A stretch of 41,716 nt of DNA from contig RBNJ01000101.1 of assembly GCA_003990765.1 (NCBI GenBank), positions 1 to 41,716 on the forward strand, in the 5' to 3' direction. Shown in pieces: positions 11,801 to 23,421 of the stretch. Every line of letters begins with the position of its first letter. Position 1 is the first letter of the stretch. Under the pieces are notes generated by a model. The model was not told where the DNA came from. It searched no databases and saw only the letters and a program-made list of their open reading frames with translations. This stretch comes from Jimgerdemannia flammicorona (taxonomy: Eukaryota). The position numbers were made by a program, and so were the translations under genes.

Positions 11801-14391
11801 ATGTTGACAGATCAGTCTTCAACAGTTCACAGTACCAATGATGCTTCAAGTCAAACATCCCTGATAGTTCCACACCTTCTATGCAATTCTTGCTCTGAAA
11901 TCTGGCAATATTGTGCTAAGATAGGAGATGATATTATTTGTAATTATTGCAGGTAAAAAATTAAGATGCACCTATTGACACTTTGTTTTGACATACACAT
12001 GATATTGTTTTGACACACACATGATATTATTTCATCCACCCCCATGAACTGCACCAGCCAGAAGTTCAAAATGCTTGGGGGTACAACTTCGAACATAAAT
12101 CGATACATAAAAGACAAGTACTCTGACAAAATCAAAAAGAACACAAAGAAAAATAAAATCGACATCCAAGCTGTGGTGGGTATGTTTATCCAATTGCCTG
12201 ATCATTTCTGTACCAATAACACCATTTAATCAAAAATATTTAGCCATACTCTTCAGCAGAATTTCGAAATCGGCTCATTTGCTAGATTGTGTGCACAGAC
12301 CAGCCATTCACAACCATCGAGAGTGATCAATTGCATAGCATCTTTGGCCTCCTCAAGCATGATTTATATTTGCCAAGTGCTGATACTATTCGCAAAGATG
12401 TCCTGGAGGCCTATAGGAAGGAGCATGACAATCTCCGCCAGATACTTCAGGTAAAATAAGGGCAGCACTGTGACCTTTGCAAGCTGAATTATATAAAAGA
12501 GCTCACCAATTTAACCTCACATTCAATAAGCAGAATTCAGCAGGCAAAATTTCGTTTATGATTGATACATGGACATCCCCCAATGCAATTTCGTTTCTGG
12601 GCATTACCAGTCATTGGATTGACCTCGATTGGCAGCTTAAATCTCTCACCCTTGACTTTGTCAAACTTGCTGGCCCTCATTCTGGAGACAACATCACAGA
12701 TGCTTTTATTAGTTATATCCGGGAGCTTGGGATCACCACCAAGATAAAAAAGGGGGGCTTGCTGTCAGGTCGGCATTTTGAGGAAGATCCTAAACCAAAC
12801 CAGATTTTATTGGTTACTTATTTTCACATAAATTTGTCAACCAAATATTTCAAGTACAGATTTTGGCCATTATGACAGACAATGCCACAAACAACTCAAT
12901 ATTTTTCCAAGGTTTAGCGGCCAGCCTCAAACAGGAAAACATGGCCTTCAGTGCAGAAAGCTGTCATGTGCGATGCCAGGCCCACATACTGAACCTCGCT
13001 ATTCAGAACTATCTTACGCATGTAGATAAAACATCCGAGAGAGGAGGGGCCCTGAGTATAATTTCCAAGCTGTACAAACTGGTTGTGTTGGTCCAATCGT
13101 CCCCACAACAATGAGACAAATTCGCTGCGCAGTGTAGGGCAATCAGTTTAGCCCCGAAAGAGCTTATATTGGACGTCTGTATGCATTGAAACTCAACATT
13201 TGCAATGATCCAGCATGCACTGGAGTTTGCTGTGGTGTGTATTCTTTTTTTCTTCGGTTGGCTGAAGTAACTGTTTCAGATAATGAAAGATTTATTTTTA
13301 AAAAAAAAAAAAAAAAAAAAAAAAGCCAATAGATTCAATGATGGCTGCTGACAAGGAAATACAGGCTGAGGCTCTAGGTGAAAGCGAGTGGGATGTACTT
13401 AGGAATGTTGTCAGAGTTTTGGAAGTAAGTGGTAGTTACCCTGACTCCACACTCATTTTGTCTGCCTCCGTACAGTGCAATATCTCACCACATATAACTG
13501 CCAGTGTTTCGATGATTGTATGAAGGATATAGTCAAACAAACGACCCCGACAATAAGCTCTGCGATCCCGGTATACAACCTTCTGATTGACCAGCTAGAG
13601 GACAAGTTCAAGGATAGGCTGGAGGGTTACAGTGATTTATGGTTAAGCCCGGATCAGAGAGATGCTGTGGAGATTGCTCTAAGCAAGCTTAGAAAATACT
13701 ACTCCCAAACAGATACTGCCATATACTCAATCAGTACAGGTATGTTGATGTCGGTATGTGGTCATTGCTCCTTCCAAAACAGAGGAAACCCTGCAAAAAC
13801 TCACTCTCCTTTTCTTCAAACAGTGCTGGACCCATGCTTAAAGCTACAATACCATAAAGATCAGGGCTGGGAGTAGTACTTCATTGAGAGAACCAAGCAG
13901 GCTGTAATTGAAATATACCAGAAAAACTATGCACCACCACAAGGTTCTGGCCGAAGTCCAGATGAATATGCCGAGGGATCCCTCCTGTCCCACATTTACT
14001 TTGACAGAAAGAAGAAGAGGGAGCCGTCAGTAGAAGAGCTGCCATCAATAGATGAACTTACTATTTATCTCGCCAGCGACTGTGTGGTCCTGCTGGAGGG
14101 TACGGAGGTGCTCAACTGGTGGAAGGTGGGTTGTCAGGCGGGCATTGGGCCAATTTAATCCACCAATCTAACCACCACTCTATCCACTGGAGTGTGTAGC
14201 TGCATCAAACAGACTTCCCCAGCCTGTGTGGTATGGCTTGGGACTATCTGGTGATTCCTGCCTCCAGCACTCCCATCGAGTGGATGTTCTCAGGTGGGGT
14301 GGACCTTGTTGCCCCAAAGAGGTGTACGCTGAATGCTGAGACAATCTGGGCATGTATGTATCTGAAGTCTTGGTGGGGCTCGGACCGCTAA
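11801..14391 (+). pseudogene. Multi-exon hAT transposase (BED finger, DDE core, C-terminal dimerisation domain) with premature stops
   Basis: SEIWQYC...IICNYC / GTTSNINRY (BED). FMIDTWTS and IMTDNATN (catalytic Asp residues), RCQAHILNL (CxxH), VLDP, VLNWWK, FPSLCGMAWDYLVIPASSTPIEWMFS and LKSWW, ending at a stop at 14391. GT-AG introns. Several stops are explicable by C>T/G>A. The start is approximate. Confidence 0.92.
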
Positions 14392-14529
14392 AATTCAGCA
14401 GGTCTGCAGATAAGTTGGTTGGCCTTGTGGAATATTTAATATCTTTCAAATTAATAAAAAAGGAAAAAAAAACCTGAGGACTTGGCCCAGAGTTTGCGGC
14501 CAAAGTGAGGCAGGGTTGGCAGCAGCAGC

Positions 14530-14990
14530 GGAGAGAGCATGCAATATTTGCGGCCCTCAGCCAGCAGCAAGGGGTAGCCCCAAGCTGCCAGTGCCTGAGT
14601 CAGTGGGCAGGTCAGTGGGCAGGTCAGTGGGTGGGTTGGTGGGCAGGTCAGTGGAGGGAGCACACAAAATTTGTGGTCCTCCACCAGCAGCAAGGGGCAG
14701 CCCCAAGCCGCAAGTGTCTGGGTTGGGGGGGTAGGCGGAGGGAGCACACAAAATTTGCAGTCCTCCACCAGTAGTGAGGGGCAGCTCCAAGCTGTCAGCA
14801 CCCGGGTCAGTAGGCAGGGTCGGTTGGTGGGTGCGGGGTCAGCAGAGGGAGCATGCAAAAATTTGTGGCCCTCCGCCAGCAGCAAGGGACTACCCCAAGC
14901 TGCAAGTGTCCAGGACAGATGGGGCAGGCGGAGGGAGTATGCAAAATTTGCAGCCCTCTGCTAGTGGCATAGAGGTAGCCCCAAGCTGCT
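14530..14990. repeat. Five ~57-bp GC-rich direct repeats with G-rich spacers between the two convergent hAT genes
   Basis: Core GGAGGGAGCA-CAAAATTTG-G-CCTC--CCAGCAGCAAGGGGCAGCCCCAAGC at ~14530, 14653, 14737, 14845 and 14929. The spacers are built from GTCAGTGGGCAG-like units. Confidence 0.85.
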
Positions 14991-15254
14991 AAGAAGTCCG
15001 GGGCAGAGGGTGCTTCTGGTGGTCGGAGGGCATTTCTGGCAGTCGAAGTCACTAGTTCAGGTCTCACAGGTACCCCGGCCCTACACTGCAGTGCCGCACT
15101 GGTGGCACTACAGAGCAGGGCTGAGGGGCTGGTAGGGCCCTGCATAATAGCTAAGCTAGTGCTACATAAGAGGCATCTGGCCCAATCCCCCCATATAAGA
15201 CTGCCCAACCCACACAAAATAGCTGTCTAACCCTCATGAAAGATTGTCTAACCC

Positions 15255-17348
15255 TCACAAAAACTGCTCCACCTGCCGGTCCCAGGCCTTGATGAGCCTG
15301 TCATCCATTGTGAGTGCGACAACTGTTGTGTCCGAGCTCTCCTCAAAGGCAACAGTACCATAGTGGTCATGTGGTTGGAATAGGACAGCTATGTTGGCTA
15401 CAAACGGGACCCCAAAACCATAGGTGAGGTTGTACCAGACTTTGCTGCTATCCTTCCAGGTTGGGCCCTTCCTTTTTGGGATGTAAAACATTACCGGGGT
15501 GACATTGTTATCTGTGTGTGTGAGCAGAGAAAGGTTGCGCCTGACATATCCTGATGTGATGCAAGTGTACAGTTGGGTGAACCCTTGGCCCAGGACCTCA
15601 TACTGCCAGGCTGTACTGGTAGATGCCTGCCCTTGGTCCAGCCCTGGGAGCCCCGGCTTGGAAACCTGCCAAAACAGACAGCAACCAATCAGTCCTTTTT
15701 GCATTCAGGGGGCAGAAACCCCCTGGGCTGCACAAACCCCCTGGGCTGCAGCACCCCAAAAAAGCGGAGCTCCTCACCTCATATGGTATGCTAAATTGCA
15801 CCAAGAATGTATGTACAGCCGCACCAAGATCACCACCAAGCTGGCCTACTGTATGCTCTACTAATCTGCTCAAAGAAACCCAGATCATAGCCGCCATCGC
15901 CGCACAGGCCGTGTCGTACTCGCATGCAGTTTGCTCTTCGACGGCACTTCTAAAGTTCCGGTAGGGGTACAGAATCTTGTGTATCCCTGGAATTGTATCA
16001 AAAGAGTATGTCGGCGAAGAGTGTGATTTATCTGGGGAGGGGTTAAAAAAAAAGGGAGATGAGTGTGGGGGATTTTGGAACCCACTCTTCGCCAGTGTTG
16101 CAGTATACCCAATTCCCGTCCAAACCCCCCCTCCTTGTTTTTTTCACCCCCTCTTCCCTGCCACCCAGTATTTGATACAATCCTCGTAAATCTCATTAAT
16201 GTGGCAGCGAAGCTCATTGCTGTAGAGGTTCCTTACCACCATCACAACCACCTCTCCACATTCATTAATAAAGATATGATTATCTTCATCATTGGTTACT
16301 CCTGCTGGCCAATGGACCCCTTGGTCGAGTACGATTGGCTCTGATTCGAATATAGACCCCCAAGCCTTAATGATGATGCTGGTACTGCTCATGCTGAACA
16401 TCTTACCCTCAAATTTCTCTATTTGATCAGATGCCAGATGTGGTTAAACTCAGGTAACTTTGAACTCTCCTTTTCAATGGAACTGAGCCCTGATCTGAGA
16501 GACCGAGATAAGTATGCAGACAGGTTGCATGCAGGCAGGTTGCGTGTGGGTTACGTGTGGGCAGATTGCATGTGGGCGGGCAGGTTGCATGTGGATGGAT
16601 TGTGTGTGGGTTACATGTGGGTGTGCATGTTTTTTAGGGGGAGACCACATAAAAATGAAATTAAATAAAACATGGAGATGGGTATTTCAGAAAAGAGCAT
16701 GAGTGAGTGAGCTGCATGCCGACAAGTTACATGCCGACAAGTTGCACACCGATGAGTTGCACGAGTTGCACAAGAATTGCTCATAAAGGCTTACTTCTGT
16801 TCCTTTTGAGACCTCCGCCACGTGATGCATTGACTCAACAGCTCAGCCACTAATGGCATACCCCACAACATCTGCCAGCCTTTCTTCATCTTGATCAGAT
16901 GTTGTGAATAAAGTTGGCAGATCTTGCCATAGAGCTGTGGACCCTAAGAAAAGCATGAGATGAATTGGGTCATGCTGGGGAAGTTTAAATAAACACAAGT
17001 AAACAAGTGGCGACTGAGTGAGCAACCTACATCTACTATTGGCTGCTCCAAAAAGGCTACTGCATACATAGCTGTGAGGTCTGTGAATTCCGAGGTCCGA
17101 AGGGCCACCATGAGTTGTTGCCAGAATTCTCCCTCATCCCCACTATTGCCATCACCACTGCCACCGCCATCGCCCCTTTGGCTCTTGATGAGCAGCTTGT
17201 GTGCTGTCCATATGAGAAAGAATCTAACATTGTCAGCAGAGAGTGTGTTTCCACCTCAAATACTCCCTCTTTTGATGATCATTACAGGGTGAAAAATGAG
17301 TAGACTGGACCAACATATGAATTAAGAGCTGCTGTTTTGTTTGCTCAT
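15255..17348 (-). pseudogene. Five-exon cargo gene (~523 codons), putative TET/JBP-like 2OG-Fe(II) dioxygenase, inactivated by stop codons
   Basis: Exons 17348-17031, 16974-16795, 16494-16086, 16031-15778 and 15665-15255. All introns are GT-AG with compatible phases and there is no frameshift. Internal stops are TAA/TGA (from CAA/CGA). The product has GVWTGIGY, HTD at 15510-15518 and a distal AVLFQPHDHYGT. The gene model is solid, while the family call rests on motif recognition only. Confidence 0.65.
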
Positions 17349-17354
17349 GATGTG

Positions 17355-17633
17355 GCAGGAAAGAACAAAGAAAAAGAACAAAGAAAAGAGAGAGAACAAA
17401 GAAAAGAGTGATGTCACCAAAGTGCAGTAGAAAAAAAAAAACAAGAGCGAAATGAACAAAAGAAAGGGTGATGTCACCAAAGATTTCAATCCGAATGGAT
17501 CAATCTGGATGGGTCAATCTGAATGGATCATCCAGATGGATCATCTAGATCAGATCACGAGACCAATCTGAGTTGATTCAAATCCATCATATGACGAATC
17601 TGAATCGAATCTCATCTGGATCAACTTCATTCA
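17355..17633. repeat. Right subterminal repeats of the hAT element
   Basis: Repeated AAGAACAAAGAAAAG, two copies of GTGATGTCACCAAAG, and ATCCGAATGGATCA-like units next to the right TIR. Confidence 0.7.
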
Positions 17634-18340
17634 TTCGGAGCACTAGCACTAAGTATAATAGTTTTAGTTTTTTTATAAGAAAGTAAATAAGTTCTAAAAT
17701 ATTCAAATAGTCTAAATAGCTTAAAGAGATATTATATATTCAAGTAGTTCTTGAAGATTTTCAGAAAGAAAATATTCTGAGATTTATTAAGCAGACAAAA
17801 AGAATATTTATATAAGATCTGAAAGAAAGATCCAGAAGAATCTTAGAAATAAAAAGAAATCTCAAAAGAATATTAAGAAAGAGTCTTGATAAGAAAGTTT
17901 TACAATATTCCAAAAGATGTTATGACTACCTAAGATAAGATACTTGATGCTGACACAAGACAAGAATGTTCTAGTGAAGTCTTGATGCCAAGAGAAGATT
18001 TCTAAATGTTCAGAAAGTACTGGAACATTGTGGAATATTTAGACAAGAAAAAACTAGAGAAAAGATGTGAAAATAGGCTATGACTAAAGAAATTATTACA
18101 CTGATGGTCACCAACCCATAAGGATATTAAAAAGCAAGGGAATACTTCAAATGAATAAATATAAATATATGTTTTATTGTTGTAAAGGATGCCTTGCATA
18201 ACAAATCTTTCGAAAGTCAAGAGCCCCATATAATGCTGATGGCGCAATGAATGATAGATGGAAAAGTTGGCTAACTATTCGTATATTCCATCAAAAGAGA
18301 TATGTTTATTGGATGTACCTTCACATCATATAAGCCAACT

Positions 18341-19905
18341 TCACAAAGACAGAGCGGCGGCCAAAGAACGCCGAATCGAAGCCGATATATTGGATACACG
18401 ACTTCGCCGAGTTGAAGCCGATCTATTCGAGATACGACTACGCCGATTCGAAACCGACACATCTGATACACTACTGAAGTATTTCCGGTAAAAAAATGAG
18501 GATATGACGAGTGAACATTGATTTGAGCGCGTATTAAGGAAGTTTGAGTACGAGATGAACATCATGCATATGTGCGAAAACATACTTATTGTCCTCTGCG
18601 GCTCCCAGAAGACTTAGATTCCTGAGAGAGGCATACGTGTGAAATTCACTGCTTGCAGTAGATGCTTCGCCAAAGAGAAAAGATGTGTTTGCGCTTGAAG
18701 CCTTGGATTGAGCAAAATGCAATTGACGCCTCTCATTTATGAAACATCTTGTCTTGTGAGACAAAGGTATCACAGGTAGCGTAAAATCTCGATCACTCCC
18801 AATGTACATAATTGGTTCCCCGGGAGCTGTCCCAAGACATGGCGTGAGGGAATCAAATAGAACGGTAGCGGAAGGTCGCCTGTCTGGGTCAACTTTCCAA
18901 CAATTCTGTAATACCCGTTTAAGCGCCGTTGGCATGTGCGGTATCATTTCTTCTCGCAGACAATTATTTGAACTGGCGATACCCCGTGGAGGAACACCGG
19001 TTACGAACTGCCACAGTAGAGTGCCAAGACAGTAAATATCAGAGGATTGTGTATAAGGTGCACCATTGAAGACTTCAGGCGGAAGATATGCAAGCCGGCC
19101 GTAGACACCATGTGAGCCATGTAGCATGTTGATGGCGCCGCTGAGTCCGACGTCGATGATACGTAGCTGGCGCCATTTTCCCCTTGTGACAAGGTTTCCT
19201 GGATGAAGGTCCCCATGGATGACGCCTAGTTTATGCAAAACCATGACGCTTCGTACCAATTCGATAGTAGCAGCCATGATTTCTGTCCAGTTCGAGAAAT
19301 TAAGTGGTTCTTGTTCAACATTCCCATTCGCGCACTCCATGACGAGGAGATAGTTGTTCGAAGTAGGGTCGGGGTATGGAGAGAGTCCGATTACAGGCAT
19401 TGTGATAGCATTGCCAATGGATGTATGTGTATGATATGAGATGTGCGTTGCCACCATGACCTATACCGAAAATAGAAAGGTTCGAGATACAATGTAGGTA
19501 TGAATGTTGGAGAGAAAATCTAGAATATCGCCGTCAGCTTACCTCGTGGGCCATACTGATATCAATCGTTTTCAATGCAAATTTCCGTCTAACGATGGTT
19601 TTCTTACGTCGAATGGCATGAATGGTTGGAAAGGCAAAGCCGGTCGGCCACTCGACGATCCCGGTGTATACGGTCGAGTATCCGCCTTTCCCCAAAACCT
19701 TCAGGTTGCCACTGAATCTTTCAATCGGTATCCACACAAGGTACTCGAGGAGCTCGAGAACATCCAACCTTGCCAGGTGAAAGCGCAGTTGCTCGTCGTT
19801 ACTCGGAAAGTTGAGTTTGTTGGCTTGTATCACCAAAGTTCGCTCTTGGGCGACGACGCCTTTCGCAAAGAGTTGTTTAAACGTTTGGAGTTTTTCGGCG
19901 TTCAT
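18341..19905 (-). CDS. TKL-like protein kinase, paralog 1 (exons 19905-19543, 19460-18586, 18473-18341)
   Basis: WIP...LGKGGYSTVY, FALK, HGDLHPGNL, IIDVGLS, YLPPE, SDIYCLG and CWKVDPDRRP. GT-AG introns are conserved in all paralogs. Ser/Arg-rich repeat tail. Confidence 0.9.
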
Positions 19906-20567
19906 GATTAAGAGTTGGTTAAGATTCACATTCGATGAATTAAAGAAAATATGTCCAACCCATGCACAGTAGCTTATTACATTATGTAATGCAGTAATTT
20001 ATCTTATGCCTAAGTTTGTATACCTCAAAGATCATGTGTGTAACTAAGTGTCACTGGATTGGGTCAACAGACCGTGACGACTTTGAAAGCAACCCAATAC
20101 CAATGAAGACGGAAACAGGGAGAAGAAACCACAACTCTCGACACACACCACCAACCATCAGCGTATTCCCCTATTCCTTGTTATCCATTCTTCGCGCCCC
20201 AGTATCCTCGAGGTTTACCAGATGCGCGTCGGTTGGTGGAGGCGGGCCACTGCGTTCGTCGGAACGGAGCGGAGACGTGCGGCGGCTAGGATAGCAGATA
20301 AAATGGTAGGAGGCAAACATGTGGGTTAGCGATGTACTTTTGGCGAGAGGTCAAAATAGTGGAGGTCGTGGGGAACCGAGATGGGTTTAATGGAAGAAGT
20401 TTGTATCATAGGATGGTATGGCGAATAGAAGAACGTTTGACATAATGCAATAATCAGTTTCTGGACTGGCTTGATTATTCAAACAAAATTATGTAGGAAA
20501 AATAGGGGGGAAGAAGTTCTTCATATGGCTCCGACATATCAGTATGTATATTGATGTCGACCAATAC

Positions 20568-20894
20568 GTCCGTCTAAAGATGGTTTCCTCACGTCGAACG
20601 GTATGAAAAGTTGGAAAGGCAAAGTCAGTTGGCCACTCGACAATCCCCGTGTACATGGTCGAGTATCCGCCTTTTCCTAATACCTTCAGGTTGCCACTGA
20701 ATCTTTCAATTGGTATCCACACAAGGTATATACTCCAAAAGTTCGGGCACACCCAACCTTGCCAGGTGGGGGCGCAGCTGCTCGTCGTTGCTCGGAAAAT
20801 TGAGTTTGTTGGCTTGTATCATCAAAGCTTACTCTTGGGCGACGGCGCCTTTCGCGAAGAGTTTTTTAAACGTTTGGAGTTTGTCGCCACTCAT
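20568..20894 (-). pseudogene. Truncated, frameshifted exon-1-only copy of the kinase
   Basis: MSGDKLQTFKKLFAK...YLVWIPIERFSGNLKVLGKGGYSTMY. A frameshift lies near 20735 and the copy ends before the ALK lysine and the splice donor. Confidence 0.85.
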
Positions 20895-21358
20895 GATTAA
20901 GCTGGTAAAGAAGAAGGTCGGGAGGGAATCGTGTGGCCTAGCGACATGTTTGTTGATGGGCCTAGAAAGTGGGGAGCTGGGATGAGTTTGATGAAGGGAA
21001 TAGGAAAACGAGTGTTTGTATCATATATCAAGCGGATTCGCTTCGCCTGATAATGGCCAACCCATTAAATATATACAAAGCAAAGGAATACTCCAAATGA
21101 ATAAATATTTGTTTCATTCATAAGGGACGCCCTGTACGACAAATCGTTCGGAAATCGAGAGCCCCACATCACAAAATCCTAGTACCGTATATATATTGTG
21201 CACTATTGAGTAGGTTTTATGATGCACATAATACTGGATAGTATAATGAATGCTGGATGATACAATGAATGCTAGGCGATATAATGGATACTGGATTGGG
21301 GTATTCCGTCAGAATAGAAGTGTTTGTTGGATGTACTTTCATACTGTGTAAACCAACT

Positions 21359-22889
21359 TCACAAAGACAGGACGGCGGCCAAAGAACGCCGAATCGAAGC
21401 CGATATATTCGATATACGACTTCGCCGAGTCGAAGCTGATATATTCGATACACGACTACGCCGATTCGAAGCCGACACATTCGATACACTACTAAAGTCT
21501 CGCCGGCCAAAATGAAAATATGACGAGTGAACACGTGTGATAAGGAAGTTTGAGGATGAGATGATCATGCATATGTGCGAAAACGTACCTATTGTCCTTT
21601 GTGGCTCCTAAAAGACTTAGATTCCCGAGAGAGGCATACGTGTGAAATTCACTGCTTGTAGTAGATGCTTCGCCAAAGACAAAAGATGTGTTTGCGCTTG
21701 AAGCCTTGGATTGAGCAAAATGCAATTGACGCCTCTCATTTATGAAGGATCTTGTCTTGGGAGATAAAGGTATCATAGGCAGCGAAATATCTCGATCACT
21801 CCCAAGGTACATAGCTGCTTCCCCGGGAGCTACTCCAAGACATGGCGTGAGGGATTCAAATAAAACGGCAGCCGAAGGTCGCCTGTCTGGGTCAACTTTC
21901 CAACAATTCTGTAATACCCGTTTAAGCGCCCCTGGCATCTGCGGTATCATCTCTTCTCGCAGACAATTATTTGAACTGGCGATACCCCGTGGAGGAACAC
22001 CAGTTAGGAGCTGCCACAGCAGAGTGCCAAGACAGTAAATATCAGAGGCCTGTGTATAAGGTGCACCATTGAAGACTTCGGGCGGAAGATATGCAAGCCG
22101 ACCGTAGACACCATCTGAGCCGTGTAATATGTTGATGGCGCCGCTGAGTCCGACGTCGATGATGCGTAGCTGGCGCCATCTTCCTCTTGTGACAAGGTTT
22201 CCTGGGTGAAGATCCCCATGGATAACGCCTAGTTTATGCAAAACCATGATGCTTCGTACCAGTTCGAGAAATTAAGCGGTTCTTGTTCAACATTCCCATT
22301 CGCGCACTCCATGACGAGGAGATAGTTGTTCGAGGTAGGATCGGGGTTTGGGGAGAGTCCGATCACAGGCATTGTGATAGCACCGCCAACGGATATTTGT
22401 GTATGATATGAGATGTGCGTTGCCACCATCAGCTATACCGACAAGTAGAAAGGTTCAGGATCAATAATGAGATACAATATGGTATGAATGTTGGAGAGAA
22501 AGGCTAGAATCTTGCTGTCTACTCACCTCGTATGCCATACTGATATCAATCACTTTCAATGCATATTTTCGTCTAACGATGGTTTTCTCACGTCGAATGG
22601 TATGAATGGTTGGAAAGGCAAAGCCGGTCGGCCACTCGACGATCCCGGTGTATACGGTCGAGTATCCGCCTTTCCCCAAAACCTTCAGGTTACCACTGAA
22701 TCTTTCAATCGGTATCCACACAAGGTACTCGAGGAGCTCGGGAACATCCAACCTTGCCAGGTGAAAGCGCAGTTGCTCGTCGTTACTCGGAAAGTTGAGT
22801 TTGTTGGCTTGTATCACCAAAGTTCGCTCTTGGGCGACGACGCCTTTCGCAAAGAGTTGTTTAAACTTTTGGAGTTTGTCGGCGTTCAT
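21359..22889 (-). pseudogene. TKL-like kinase paralog 2, frameshifted by a 31-bp deletion (exons 22889-22527, 22432-21589, 21491-21359)
   Basis: Same motifs as paralog 1. It lacks the TEIMAATIEL segment at ~22260, which splits exon 2 into two ORFs (22229-22429 and 21492-22247). Confidence 0.88.
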
Positions 22890-23421
22890 GATTAAGAGTT
22901 GGTTAAGATTCACAATCGATGGATTAGAGAAAATATGTCCGACCCATACGTGGTAGCTTATTACATTATGTAATGCAGTAATTTATCTTATGCCCAACTC
23001 AAAGATCATGTGTGTAACCTTTAGCATGTAGATGAAATGAAATAAAATAAAAACGCTTTCCTACGTCGCCTTTTGGCATTGTCCTCATTTTATCGAGTAA
23101 GCACATTAATTGAAATTTTTTTGCCTGTCCAACATGGCAATTTCTGGAGATGACCTTCTCAACATGCCAGCTTGACTTAGCAACAGCTCTTCTATTTGGG
23201 CCATTACCAAAAATAATTGACAGCAATTTTTTGTTCCGTGACAGCAAAAAGAAAATAACAATATAGGAAATGTTTACTAACAATCCAATGACATTTATAG
23301 AGTGACGTCTAATTATTACACGTGTCCACGGTGGTACAGAGACTTTGATTGACCTGTATTAGACTCCGTACCAATATGAGATTGGTGGCTAATATAACCT
23401 AATTGCTGCATCGACTTCACG

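Larger units (their letters stand above)
11257..17645 (+). mobile_element. hAT-superfamily DNA transposon (6389 bp) with both ends intact, carrying a transposase and a cargo gene
   Basis: Perfect 12-bp TIRs TAGTGCTCCGAA (11257-11268) and TTCGGAGCACTA (17634-17645). Identical 8-bp TSD GCACTAAG at 11249-11256 and 17646-17653. Subterminal repeats at both ends and an internal hAT transposase. Confidence 0.95.

Noticed and set aside
14530-14990. CRISPR-like repeat-spacer appearance
   Set aside because: Eukaryotic context with no cas genes. The repeats are long and degenerate, and the spacers resemble one another.
14180-15217. Many overlapping ORFs on both strands
   Set aside because: They arise from GC-rich repeats and the antisense of the transposase end. 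No protein motifs.
17654-18200. AT-rich, CpG-free stretch right of the hAT
   Set aside because: Probably another decayed repeat, but no motif allows a call.
18258-18491. Plus-strand ORF with RLRRVEADIFD repeats antisense to each kinase tail (a tempting antidote/antitoxin gene)
   Set aside because: Only copy 1 has an ATG. In copy 4 the frame is broken by TGA at 32801 while the minus-strand frame stays open. It is best explained as the shadow of the Ser/Arg exon.
19504-19911. Recurrent plus-strand ORFs opposite kinase exons (also 22488-22895, 31493-31876, 33881-34174)
   Set aside because: Antisense shadows of conserved coding sequence, with variable starts and stops.
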